This document shows positions 45,161-53,332 of a stretch of 64,000 bases of DNA, in pieces. Source of the DNA: Candidatus Parcubacteria bacterium. Its GTDB lineage: Bacteria > Patescibacteriota > Patescibacteriia > Patescibacteriales > UBA12075. The notes beneath the pieces were generated by a model, which was given only the letters and a program-made list of their open reading frames with translations, was not told where the DNA came from and ran no database searches. Each line of letters begins with the position of its first letter. The first letter of the stretch is position 1. The DNA lies in the NCBI GenBank assembly GCA_002869165.1, contig PKTK01000001.1:510005-574004 (forward strand), given 5' to 3'. A program made the position numbers and the translations under genes.

Positions 45161-45230
45161 AAAATAATTACAAAAAGTGACACCTCGTTCATTAAAAAAG
45201 TTTACTCTCCCTCAAGGTGAGAATTTTGTA

Positions 45231-45265
45231 AAAACAAAAAACTCCCCTATTCGAGGAGTTTTTTG
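45231..45265 (-). terminator. bidirectional terminator downstream of rpsI
   Basis: aaaaaactcc-cctattcga-ggagtttttt. Confidence 0.7.
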
Positions 45266-45307
45266 AATATGTAAAACGGAATATAGACGGTTCCGTCGTG
45301 AGAGTCT

Positions 45308-45751
45308 TTAACGCTTTGACCACTGTGGAGCTCTTCTAGCTTTCTTTAGACCTGGTTTCTTTCTTTCTTTACGTCTAGCATCTCTGGTTACCCAGCCTTT
45401 AGCTCTTAGTGATGGTTTCAATGTTTCATCCATCTCAACTAAAGCTCTTGAAATACCGTGTCTAATGGCTGAGGCTTGTCCTAATTTTCCACCACCAGTT
45501 ACCACAGCAGAAATTGTGAAATCTTTAAGGTTACCAGATAGTTTAAGTGGTTGCTTAACTATTTTCATGCCATATTCAGAAAAGTATTCAGTAGCATCCA
45601 TACCATTAACGATAATAGCGCCATCACCTTTTTTATAAACTCTTACTCTAGCGATAGCTACTTTTCTTCGTCCAATAGTAGCGATGTATTTACCTTTTAG
45701 CTTTGGTAATTCTACAGTCTTTTTTGTTGTCTCTTTAGTATCTTTGGTCAT
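45308..45751 (-). CDS. rpsI: 30S ribosomal protein S9
   Basis: 147 aa; [19 protein letters not shown], ending ...[10 protein letters not shown]. Confidence 0.95.
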   Translation of the reverse strand: MTKDTKETTKKTVELPKLKGKYIATIGRRKVAIARVRVYKKGDGAIIVNGMDATEYFSEYGMKIVKQPLKLSGNLKDFTISAVVTGGGKLGQASAIRHGISRALVEMDETLKPSLRAKGWVTRDARRKERKKPGLKKARRAPQWSKR

Positions 45752-45758
45752 ATAATAT

Positions 45759-46118
45759 TTATCTGATAATTAATCTTTTCAACATGTCTTTTCTGAATTT
45801 TACCGGAGGTAACATTTCTCTAACAGCTCTTTTAATAATATCAGCTGGATTAGCTTTATTTAAATCTGACATTTTCTTTTCTTTTAATCCTCCTGGATAA
45901 CCTGAATAACTAAAATATTTCTTTTGATCTAGTTTTTTACCAGTAAAACTAAGCTTGTCAGCATTTACAACTTCTACAATATCACCACAATCTAAATGAG
46001 GTTCAAATTCTGGTTTATTTTTTCCACGCAAAAGTGTAGCGATCTCGGTTGCGATTCTACCTACGCTTTTTTCTTCAGCGTCAATTTTATGAATTGTTCT
46101 TGTTACTGTTTTTGCCAT
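45759..46118 (-). CDS. rplM: 50S ribosomal protein L13 (short, 119 aa)
   Basis: [39 protein letters not shown]; directly upstream of rpsI. Confidence 0.9.
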   Translation of the reverse strand: MAKTVTRTIHKIDAEEKSVGRIATEIATLLRGKNKPEFEPHLDCGDIVEVVNADKLSFTGKKLDQKKYFSYSGYPGGLKEKKMSDLNKANPADIIKRAVREMLPPVKFRKDMLKRLIIR

Positions 46119-46124
46119 CTTTTT

Positions 46125-46478
46125 TTATTTAACTAATTCAATAACAGCCATAGCTGCGCCATCACGTGATCGTGGTGGAAGCTTAGTAATTCGTGTATAA
46201 CCACCTTCTCTTTTCTTGTATCTACCACCTAGCACTTCCATAGCTTTTTTTACTGCCATTTTTTGTGGAAATAATTCAATCAACCTTCTTCTAGCTGTTA
46301 AATCTTCTTTTTTAGCTGTAGTAATTGCTTTTTCTACCAAAGATCTTACGGCTTTTGCCTTTGCTTCAGTTGTGCTTACTTTTTCGTAAATCAAAACACT
46401 TGCTGCTAAATTCCTTAGCATCATTTCTCTATGTGCTTTTTCTCTACCTAGGGTAGTTTTCTTTACTCTGTGTCTCAT
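46125..46478 (-). CDS. rplQ: 50S ribosomal protein L17
   Basis: MRHRVKKTTLGREKAHREMMLRNLAASVLIYEKVSTTEAKAK... Confidence 0.9.
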   Translation of the reverse strand: MRHRVKKTTLGREKAHREMMLRNLAASVLIYEKVSTTEAKAKAVRSLVEKAITTAKKEDLTARRRLIELFPQKMAVKKAMEVLGGRYKKREGGYTRITKLPPRSRDGAAMAVIELVK

Positions 46479-46498
46479 GGTTATCTAATTTAAAATTA

Positions 46499-47242
46499 TT
46501 ATTTTTCTTCCTCTTTAGCATCTTCTTCTTTCTTATCTTCTTTTTTCTCCTCTTTGGCTCCTCCCACCAAAGCTCCAAACTGTTCTACTAATATATCAAC
46601 TGATTTATTAAATGCTTCTTCTGGACTAATAGTCCCATCAGTAATAATATCTAACACAACTTTATCCCAGTTGGTCATCTTACCTACACGAGCATTTTCA
46701 ACAGTAATACCTACGTGTTTCACTGGTGAATAAACTGAATCCATTTCAATAAAATTTACAATCTTTTCTTTTTCTTCTCTATTTTCTACAGCTTCAAATC
46801 CCATGCCTTTTTTAGCAAAAATCTTTGCTTTCAAGCTACCTGCCATATCAGTTATGTGACCTAACACTAGATCTGGATTCATGATTTCAACCTGGGAATT
46901 CTTGGTAATATCGCCTGCAGTAATTTCCTTTTTTCCAGCTATGTCTAGCTCTAATTCAACCGGTTCGTCACCATGAATCTTCATGCGTAATTGCTTTAGA
47001 TTCAAAACAAATTCCAAAACATCTTCTTTTAAGTGTGAAAGAGCCATAAATTCATGCTCAACGCCTTCAATGACAACACCAATTGGAGCAGCACCAGGCA
47101 TACTTGAAAGAAGTACACGCCTAATAGAATTACCTAAGGTAACTCCAAAACCTGGAAAACAAGGACCAATTTCTACAATAGTGTTGTTTTCTTTTTTGGT
47201 TTTTTCAAATTTTACGTTTTTTGGTAATGCGATATTCCCCAT
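46499..47242 (-). CDS. rpoA: DNA-directed RNA polymerase alpha subunit, N-terminal domain only (247 aa, no alpha-CTD)
   Basis: GFGVTLGNSIRRVLLSSMPGAAPIGVVIEGVEHEF... The alpha-NTD is followed only by the Lys/Glu tail GGAKEEKKEDKKEEDAKEEEK and a TAA. Confidence 0.85.
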   Translation of the reverse strand: MGNIALPKNVKFEKTKKENNTIVEIGPCFPGFGVTLGNSIRRVLLSSMPGAAPIGVVIEGVEHEFMALSHLKEDVLEFVLNLKQLRMKIHGDEPVELELDIAGKKEITAGDITKNSQVEIMNPDLVLGHITDMAGSLKAKIFAKKGMGFEAVENREEKEKIVNFIEMDSVYSPVKHVGITVENARVGKMTNWDKVVLDIITDGTISPEEAFNKSVDILVEQFGALVGGAKEEKKEDKKEEDAKEEEK

Positions 47243-47285
47243 ATCATTTGTTTAGTTTATAAAAACTTATATGAAATATAATTTA

Positions 47286-47915
47286 CTATCTTGAATAATA
47301 CTCAACGATAACTTGAACGTTGAAGTTTGGATTGATATCCTTCATATCTGGTTGGTGCAATACTTTAGCTACGATCTTGTTCTTGTCTAGATTTAACCAA
47401 CCTGGGACCTCTTTATTTTTCAATCTATCAGTCAATTCTTTGAATAATTTTAGATTCTTCTTATTAGCTTTGATGGTAATCTCGTCACCTTGTCTTACGA
47501 TATAAGAAGGAATATCTACTCTTTGACCATTGATAGTCAAAAGTCCATGGCTAATAATTTGTCTAGCTTGTGGTCTTGATGTTGCAAAACCTAATCTATA
47601 AACAATATTATCAAACCTTGTTTCAAGTAATTTAAGAAAGTTTTCTCCTGTATTACCTGACTTCTTACCAGCCTTATCAAAAGTTAATCTGAATTGTTTT
47701 TCCATCAAATTGTATTGTCTCTTTGCTTTTTGCTTTTCTTGAAGCTGTGTTCCGTAGTCAGTAAGTCTAGCTCTTCTAGTTGAACCATGTACTCCTGGTG
47801 GGTAATTTCTCTTTACAATAGCACATTTCTGAGAATTACATCTCTCACCTTTAAGAAAAAGCTTTTCACCTGCTCTTCTGCATCTTTTACATTTTGGATT
47901 TAAGTCTTTAGCCAT
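47286..47915 (-). CDS. rpsD: 30S ribosomal protein S4
   Basis: 209 aa; CKRCRRAGEKLFLKGERC, an S4 RNA-binding domain (RLDNIVYRLGFATSRPQARQ-like), and cluster position. Confidence 0.95.
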   Translation of the reverse strand: MAKDLNPKCKRCRRAGEKLFLKGERCNSQKCAIVKRNYPPGVHGSTRRARLTDYGTQLQEKQKAKRQYNLMEKQFRLTFDKAGKKSGNTGENFLKLLETRFDNIVYRLGFATSRPQARQIISHGLLTINGQRVDIPSYIVRQGDEITIKANKKNLKLFKELTDRLKNKEVPGWLNLDKNKIVAKVLHQPDMKDINPNFNVQVIVEYYSR

Positions 47916-47935
47916 TTATTTAAACTTCTTATTTA

Positions 47936-48622
47936 TTAAACTCTTCTAGGCTTGCGTTGTCTGCAACCATTGTGTGGTTTAGGGGTTACATCTTGAATAG
48001 AAGTAACTACAAGTCCGTTATTATTTAGTGATCTAATTGCTTATTCTCTGCCTGTTCCCACTCCTTTTACAAATACACTCACTTCAGACAAACCAAACTC
48101 TTCCCTTGCCTTGCCTACAGCAATTCTAGTGATAATCTGAGCAGCATATGGAGTAGCCTTTTTAGGTCCTTTAAACCCGGCTATACCAGCTGAAGCCCAA
48201 GAAATAACACTGCCATTTTGATCAGTAAGGGTTACTATAGTATTATTATAAGTTGATTTAATAAAAGCTTTTCCCGTTGGAACTTTTCTGGCTACTTTTT
48301 TCTTTTTCTTTCTTACTTTGCTTTTTTTATTCTTTTGCTCGTTTTCGGTCTTTTTCTTTTCTAATTTCTTGATGATTTCTTCTGGCAAAGTTTCAAGTCC
48401 TGAAGAGTCTTTTTCGGTTTTTAGACTAACCTCATCTTTTGAATCGCGTGCAAGCGATTCATCCGCCGCACCGGAGGTGCTTTGGGCGGATTCGTTTTCT
48501 TTAGTATCTACATCAACATTAGCAGTTTTATCTGCCTTTTTTTCTACTTTGTCACCACCTTCGGTCTCAGTAGTTTTTGCGTCTTTTGTTGTTTTTTCTT
48601 CACTCATAGATATGAATATCAC
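47936..48622 (-). CDS. rpsK: 30S ribosomal protein S11 with a ~100-aa charged N-terminal extension; frame crosses an in-frame TAA at 48041-48043
   Basis: ORF-track piece 48041-48622 ends ...VKGVGTGRE. The same frame continues as [37 protein letters not shown] (47936), which is the conserved S11 C-terminus. Confidence 0.85.
48437..48496. repeat. GC-rich two-hairpin element, copy 2, inside the rpsK N-terminal extension
   Basis: ttttgaatcgcgtgcaagcgattcatccgccgcaccggaggtgctttgggcggattcg; about 76% identical to 8517-8580 with paired stem changes. Confidence 0.7.
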
Positions 48623-48648
48623 TGAAAAATATTATTTAAAGATTTATT

Positions 48649-49044
48649 TTATGTCTTTTGAGATCCTGCTTTGCTCTTGCCTGACCCAACTGTAGCTCTC
48701 TTGCCACCTCTCACGGTTCTACTATTTGTTTTTGATCTTTGACCTCTTACAGGTAAGTTTCTTGTGTGTCTAAGACCTCTATATGAACCAATTTCCTTCA
48801 AACGTTTGATATTACTAGCAATTTCACGTCTCAAATCACCTTCAACTTTTTTCCCCTTTTCAATCAAAACTCTGAGTTTGTTGGCTTGGTCGTCTGTTAA
48901 ATCCTTTACTCTAGTATTTGGATCAATTTTTGCTTGCTCCAAAATATTTTGAGAAGTTTTTAAACCAATACCATAAATATAAGTTAGAGAAATCTCTACT
49001 CTTTTTTCATTTGGAATTGTTACACCTGCGATTCTAACTGCCAT
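48649..49044 (-). CDS. rpsM: 30S ribosomal protein S13
   Basis: [27 protein letters not shown]... Confidence 0.95.
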   Translation of the reverse strand: MAVRIAGVTIPNEKRVEISLTYIYGIGLKTSQNILEQAKIDPNTRVKDLTDDQANKLRVLIEKGKKVEGDLRREIASNIKRLKEIGSYRGLRHTRNLPVRGQRSKTNSRTVRGGKRATVGSGKSKAGSQKT

Positions 49045-49065
49045 AATATTTAAATATTTAATAAA

Positions 49066-49179
49066 TTAACCTTGTCTTTGCTTGTGCTTAGGGTTTTTAC
49101 ATAACACAACAACCCGACCTTTTCTTCGGGTAGTTTTACAATCTTTACAAATTTTCTTGGCACTTGCTCTAACTTTCAT
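49066..49179 (-). CDS. rpmJ: 50S ribosomal protein L36
   Basis: 37 aa, translated by hand: [37 protein letters not shown]. Too short for the ORF track. Confidence 0.85.
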   Translation of the reverse strand: MKVRASAKKICKDCKTTRRKGRVVVLCKNPKHKQRQG

Positions 49180-49248
49180 GGTTTCAAAAATAAATTAAAT
49201 AAGGAGATGTTTTCATCTCATAAATTAATGTAGTTTTTTTAAAGACTA

Positions 49249-49491
49249 CTACAGTCTAAAGGTAATTCTGCCTTTAGTCAAATCATAAGGACTAATTTGA
49301 ACTTTTACCTTGTCTCCAGGAAGTAGTCGAATGCGATTCATTCGCATTTTTCCTGAAAGGTGAGCCAGAATTTCATGATCGTTTTCAAGAAGCACCTTAA
49401 ATGATGCCGCTGGCATCAGTTCTAGCACTTCTCCTTTTACTTCAATAAACTCTTTTGAGTCTATTTGTTTTTTTTCGTCTTTTTTACTCAT
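49249..49491 (-). CDS. infA: translation initiation factor IF-1
   Basis: 80 aa; [62 protein letters not shown]. Confidence 0.9.
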   Translation of the reverse strand: MSKKDEKKQIDSKEFIEVKGEVLELMPAASFKVLLENDHEILAHLSGKMRMNRIRLLPGDKVKVQISPYDLTKGRITFRL

Positions 49492-49598
49492 TTATTAGTG
49501 TTATCTCTAAACACAAAAAATTTGGCAAAACAGAAAATTTTACCAATGTTTACGGTAATTAATGTTTACTTAGTAAATTTTAATTACTTAGTAAAATT

Positions 49599-49627
49599 AT
49601 TATATATTTATTTTTTTCAAATGTCAA
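49599..49627 (-). promoter_or_regulatory. consensus promoter (TTGACA-17-TATAAT) for the infA-rpmJ-rpsM... operon
   Basis: On the minus strand, TTGACA is at 49627-49622 and TATAAT at 49604-49599. Confidence 0.6.
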
Positions 49628-49646
49628 GAGATAAAACAATTATTAG

Positions 49647-49674
49647 TTAAAAATTAAGAATTAAGAATTAATTA
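49647..49674. repeat. heptamer micro-array (TTAAGAA x4, reverse orientation of AATTCTT)
   Basis: ttaaaaa ttaagaa ttaagaa ttaatta. Confidence 0.75.
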
Positions 49675-49716
49675 CTAATATTAGCTAATATATATTCTTT
49701 TAAACTCATTGCTGTT

Positions 49717-49744
49717 TAAAAATTGGAAATTGGAAATTGGAAAT
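49717..49744. repeat. heptamer micro-array (GGAAATT x3-4)
   Basis: aaaaatt ggaaatt ggaaatt ggaaatt. Confidence 0.85.
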
Positions 49745-49768
49745 TTTTCCTTCTTTCAACATTTTTAA

Positions 49769-49816
49769 ATAAAAAAACGTTGTTATTGTTTGTCTATAAG
49801 CTAACAATAACAACGT
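49769..49816 (-). terminator. terminator downstream of 49831-50061
   Basis: Perfect 15-bp stem aacgttgttattgtt/aacaataacaacgtt, followed on the minus strand by ttttttt. Confidence 0.75.
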
Positions 49817-49830
49817 TAGATAAGTTTGTC

Positions 49831-50061
49831 TCATTTATAATCTCTTCTAATGGACTTATTAAAGTATATTGAGTCTATAAATGAATAAAAAAAACAAAAG
49901 CTCATAACTGCTATAATCACTGGAAATGATTCATTTTTTGGAAAATATTTTACAACAAAAGAAAAAGTTGTCAAATAAATTATTGTTAAAATTGCAAGCT
50001 TACAGACAATCTTTCCTAAAGGCGCTCTTAAGTAATTTTTGTATTGCCTAATGTTATACAT
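49831..50061 (-). CDS. small membrane protein (76 aa)
   Basis: SD aaggagaaaaATG, two TM helices, own terminator. Confidence 0.4.
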   Translation of the reverse strand: MYNIRQYKNYLRAPLGKIVCKLAILTIIYLTTFSFVVKYFPKNESFPVIIAVMSFCFFYSFIDSIYFNKSIRRDYK

Positions 50062-50144
50062 TTTTCTCCTTTTTTAAATTATAACGTACAAGGGTTGTCC
50101 ATAATATTTTTAACAAATCTCCCAAATCTAGTCAAATAAAAAAA

Positions 50145-50221
50145 GTGTCATTCTAAAGCGCCAGCGAAAAATATCGTTTTACAAATATTCACGGGATTTT
50201 TCACTTCGCTCAGAACGACAC
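50145..50221. repeat. MITE-like element, GTGTCATTCTAAA subfamily (77 bp)
   Basis: gtgtcattctaaagcg...cgctcagaacgacac. Confidence 0.7.
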
Positions 50222-50233
50222 TTAAAGGAGAGT

Positions 50234-50275
50234 ATTCTTAATTCTTAATTCTTAATTCTTAATTCTTAATTCTTA
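50234..50275. repeat. heptamer array (ATTCTTA x6)
   Basis: Six perfect ATTCTTA units. Confidence 0.95.
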
Positions 50276-50285
50276 ATTACAGACA

Positions 50286-50325
50286 CCCCTCCCCCTTCGG
50301 GGACTCCCCTTTCTAGGGGAGAATT
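50286..50325. repeat. GC-rich double hairpin immediately 3' of alaS (paralogue at 55031-55075)
   Basis: cccctcccccttcggggactcccctttctaggggagaatt. Confidence 0.75.
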
Positions 50326-50334
50326 AGAAAAGTA

Positions 50335-52218
50335 TTACTCAATGATTGCTTTCACTCTTCTAACTCCAGCAGATGAACTCTTTTCCTTGGCGATACGGAA
50401 CTTGCCCCCAATTTCACCTGTATGAGTTACGTGAGGACCACCACAAATCTCTTTAGAAAAAATATCATCCCCCTCACCTACTTGATATACCTTTACCTTC
50501 TCACCATATTTTGATTCAAATACACCAGTTGCGCCTTGAGCTTTGGCCTCATCTACGCTCATTTCAGTAAATGTTACTGGCATGTCTTTTTCTATTACTT
50601 CATTTACTATTCTTTCAATTTCTGCTTTTTGTTCATCAGTTATTTTTTCACCATGTGAAAAATCAAAACGTAATCGCTCAGCTGTGATATTAGATCCCTT
50701 TTGCTGTACATGATCCCCCAGCACTCTCCTCATAGCTTCAAGCATCAAATGAGCGGTTGTGTGAAGCCTGGTTACTTCTTCACTAGAATCAGCCAAACCA
50801 CCTTTAAACTTACCAGCTGAAGCTGTACGAGAAAGATCCTGATGTTTTTTCATTTCAATTTCAAAAGACTTCATATCAATCTCCATGTTTTTCTCTTGAG
50901 CCATTTCCTCTGTCATTTCTATTGGAAAACCATAGGTTGTAAATAATTTAAAAGCTACTTCACCTGGAATTATTTTATTGGCAGATATTTTGGACATTGT
51001 CCATTTATTAAATTCTTTTTCACCTTGCACTAATGTCTTACGAAATTTATCTTCCTCTTTATTCATTTCATCTATAATTCTTTCTTGATTATCAACTAGC
51101 TCTGAATAATTTTCTTTATAATCTTTAATAACAATCTTGGCTACTTCAGATGTAAAGTTGGACTCAACTCCCAAGACATATGCAAAACGAACAGCACGAC
51201 GAATAAGTCGTCTAGTAAAATATCCTTGATCTTTGTTAGATGGATTAGCTCCGTCACAAATCAAAAATACTGAAGCCCGCAAATGATCCATAATAACTCG
51301 AAAAGCTCTAGTCTCATCATCTTTTTCACCATATTTTTTACCTGCTATTTCTTCTATTTTATTTTTTAGCTCAGTAAATACATCACACAAAAACACATCT
51401 GGATTATCAGCTACGGCTACAGCCAAACGCTCAAGCCCTCCACCAAAGTCAATATTTTTACCTTTAAGCTCTTCAAAGCCCTTAGCTGTTTTTTGGAATT
51501 GCATAAACACATTGTTCCCAATCTCCAAGAAACGTCCACAATCACATGCTGGATGACATGGTTCATCTTTCCAAGGAGAATTCTCATGAAGCTGTAAGTG
51601 TTCCCCAAAATCCCAAAACATCTCAGAATCAGGTCCACCTGGTTCACCTTCCGGCATATTCTCATGTACACCAACCCGACTCCACCAATTTTCTTTTTCG
51701 TTATAATAAAATATCCGACCACCCTGCATGCCCTTTTTTTCTGCCATATCAACAGCTTTAGCTTCTATTCCATCTTTCTTAAATTCTTCTTGCCACAATT
51801 TTACTGCCTCATCGTCTTTTGGGATACCATACTTTTCATTGCCTCGATAAACTGAAACATAAAGACGTTTAGGGTCTAATCCAAGCTCACTAGTTAAAAA
51901 TTCATACATCCAAGGCACTTGCTCGGCCTTGAAATAATCCCCCAAAGACCAATTGCCAAGCATCTCAAAAAATGTAGTATGTCTATTGTCTCCAACATCA
52001 TCTATATCCATAGCTCGAAAACATTTTTGTGAATCAGCAATTCTAACACCTTCTGGATGTTTCTCGCCCAAAAGATAATGCACCATAGGCTGCATACCAT
52101 AACCTGTAAAAAGAGTTGATGGGTCATTTTCTGGAAGAAGCGAGGCGCTCGGCACAATAGCATGTCCTCTATCTTTAAAAAAATCTAAATATTTTTGTCT
52201 TAAAACGTTTGAATTCAT
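50335..52218 (-). CDS. alaS: alanine--tRNA ligase (short form without the C-Ala domain)
   Basis: Start at MNSNVLRQKYLDFFKDRGH. Motifs FTGYGMQP, RHTTFFEMLGNWSLGDYFK and editing-domain HTTAHLM. The ORF-track start adds 5 residues. Confidence 0.9.
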   Translation of the reverse strand: MNSNVLRQKYLDFFKDRGHAIVPSASLLPENDPSTLFTGYGMQPMVHYLLGEKHPEGVRIADSQKCFRAMDIDDVGDNRHTTFFEMLGNWSLGDYFKAEQVPWMYEFLTSELGLDPKRLYVSVYRGNEKYGIPKDDEAVKLWQEEFKKDGIEAKAVDMAEKKGMQGGRIFYYNEKENWWSRVGVHENMPEGEPGGPDSEMFWDFGEHLQLHENSPWKDEPCHPACDCGRFLEIGNNVFMQFQKTAKGFEELKGKNIDFGGGLERLAVAVADNPDVFLCDVFTELKNKIEEIAGKKYGEKDDETRAFRVIMDHLRASVFLICDGANPSNKDQGYFTRRLIRRAVRFAYVLGVESNFTSEVAKIVIKDYKENYSELVDNQERIIDEMNKEEDKFRKTLVQGEKEFNKWTMSKISANKIIPGEVAFKLFTTYGFPIEMTEEMAQEKNMEIDMKSFEIEMKKHQDLSRTASAGKFKGGLADSSEEVTRLHTTAHLMLEAMRRVLGDHVQQKGSNITAERLRFDFSHGEKITDEQKAEIERIVNEVIEKDMPVTFTEMSVDEAKAQGATGVFESKYGEKVKVYQVGEGDDIFSKEICGGPHVTHTGEIGGKFRIAKEKSSSAGVRRVKAIIE

Positions 52219-52267
52219 ATAATTATAATGCAAATCTACAAATATTATTATTCACATACGTGCTATA

Positions 52268-52298
52268 GACCTCCGAGGTCCCCGGGACCTCGGAGGTC
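52268..52298. repeat. 31-bp GC-rich perfect palindrome upstream of alaS
   Basis: gacctccgaggtccc-c-gggacctcggaggtc (15-bp arms), about 50 nt upstream of the alaS start. Confidence 0.9.
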
Positions 52299-52561
52299 CC
52301 AGTCACGAACATTGTTAATATTAATAGATTATATTTATCTTTAGTGTTAATAAACAAAAAAGGCTTCTAGCATTTAGCTAAAGCCCTACAAACAAATAAA
52401 ATAAAGACTTTTCAAGCTAAATGCCAAAAGCCATTCCCGCGTTATGCTTTATTTTATTAAAACCGTTATATTTATTGTATTTCATAGAAATTAGTATATA
52501 TTAAATCCCCTAAAAATGCAAATTAAAAAGACTGGTCAAAATCTCCAGTCTTTTATATTTC

Positions 52562-52945
52562 TTATAAATCGATTACAACGAATCTTTTATTCCCTCCACT
52601 GGCCACTCCAGCGCTCTTTGATGCATCATTGTTGATTGTCATTGCAAGTGCCCTGGAAGCAAATCCAGATATATCTTTGTTTGGGTCATAGCACTCATAC
52701 CATACGCTTTTGAGCCCGTCTTCACTAAAAGTAAAGACAAGTTCCTCGCTTGCATACTGAAGCGTCATCTGCTCTCTGTTTGCCTGACACCCAGCAGGAT
52801 CGGCAATACCCATTTTTTCACATACCTGTTCTGGTGTGTCACCGACAACAAGGTCAAAGACTTTGTCATAATCCAAAGCACCTCCAGCAAAAACTGGTAC
52901 AGATAAACCAAAAACAAAAGCTACTACTAAAATCACTTTTTTCAT
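52562..52945 (-). CDS. small secreted hypothetical protein (127 aa)
   Basis: Signal peptide MKKVILVVAFVFGLSVPVFA, SD aaggaggtgagcgATG, GC above the local background. Confidence 0.5.
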   Translation of the reverse strand: MKKVILVVAFVFGLSVPVFAGGALDYDKVFDLVVGDTPEQVCEKMGIADPAGCQANREQMTLQYASEELVFTFSEDGLKSVWYECYDPNKDISGFASRALAMTINNDASKSAGVASGGNKRFVVIDL

Positions 52946-53004
52946 CGCTCACCTCCTTTGCTTAAAATAACAATTTTATTGGAAAAATTCCAAAATACAT
53001 CTAA

Positions 53005-53033
53005 AAATTATCATTTGAAGGCTTTTTTGTCAA
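53005..53033 (-). promoter_or_regulatory. promoter candidate (TTGACA-17-TAATTT) for 52562-52945
   Basis: On the minus strand, TTGACA is at 53033-53028. Confidence 0.5.
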
Positions 53034-53076
53034 CAAAAAACTCAAGCGCTAATTACTTGAGTTTTAAAAAGAGGTC

Positions 53077-53166
53077 TTAGAATGGTAAAGTAATTTGGCC
53101 ATTAACCATCATCAACATAGCTGTACAAAGTAAAGCAATCAAAGCAATGCCAAAATCCTTGCTCAT
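53077..53166 (-). CDS. possible 29-aa hydrophobic peptide
   Basis: MSKDFGIALIALLCTAMLMMVNGQITLPF. Has its own promoter candidate (TTGTTA-17-TATAAT with TG, 53223-53251) and terminator hairpin ctcaag/cttgag (53041-53062). Confidence 0.3.
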   Translation of the reverse strand: MSKDFGIALIALLCTAMLMMVNGQITLPF

Positions 53167-53332
53167 TTTATAGACAGTTTTATTAAGTTTAATATTAGAT
53201 AATATATTAATAATATATCAACATTATACCATAAATAAATATTTTTAACAAAAACCGTCAACTTTTATAGCGACGGTTTAAAAATTACTATATTTTAAAG
53301 ACTTATATATTCCACCCAACTAAACTCAACTT

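Noticed and set aside
44990-45220. 76-aa plus-strand ORF.
   Set aside because: It coincides with the 149-bp TGTCAT element at 45012-45160.
52234-52561. T-box riboswitch leader upstream of alaS.
   Set aside because: There is no T-box sequence (..GGUGGUACCGCG..) and no terminator/antiterminator pair on the minus strand. Only palindromic hairpins are present.
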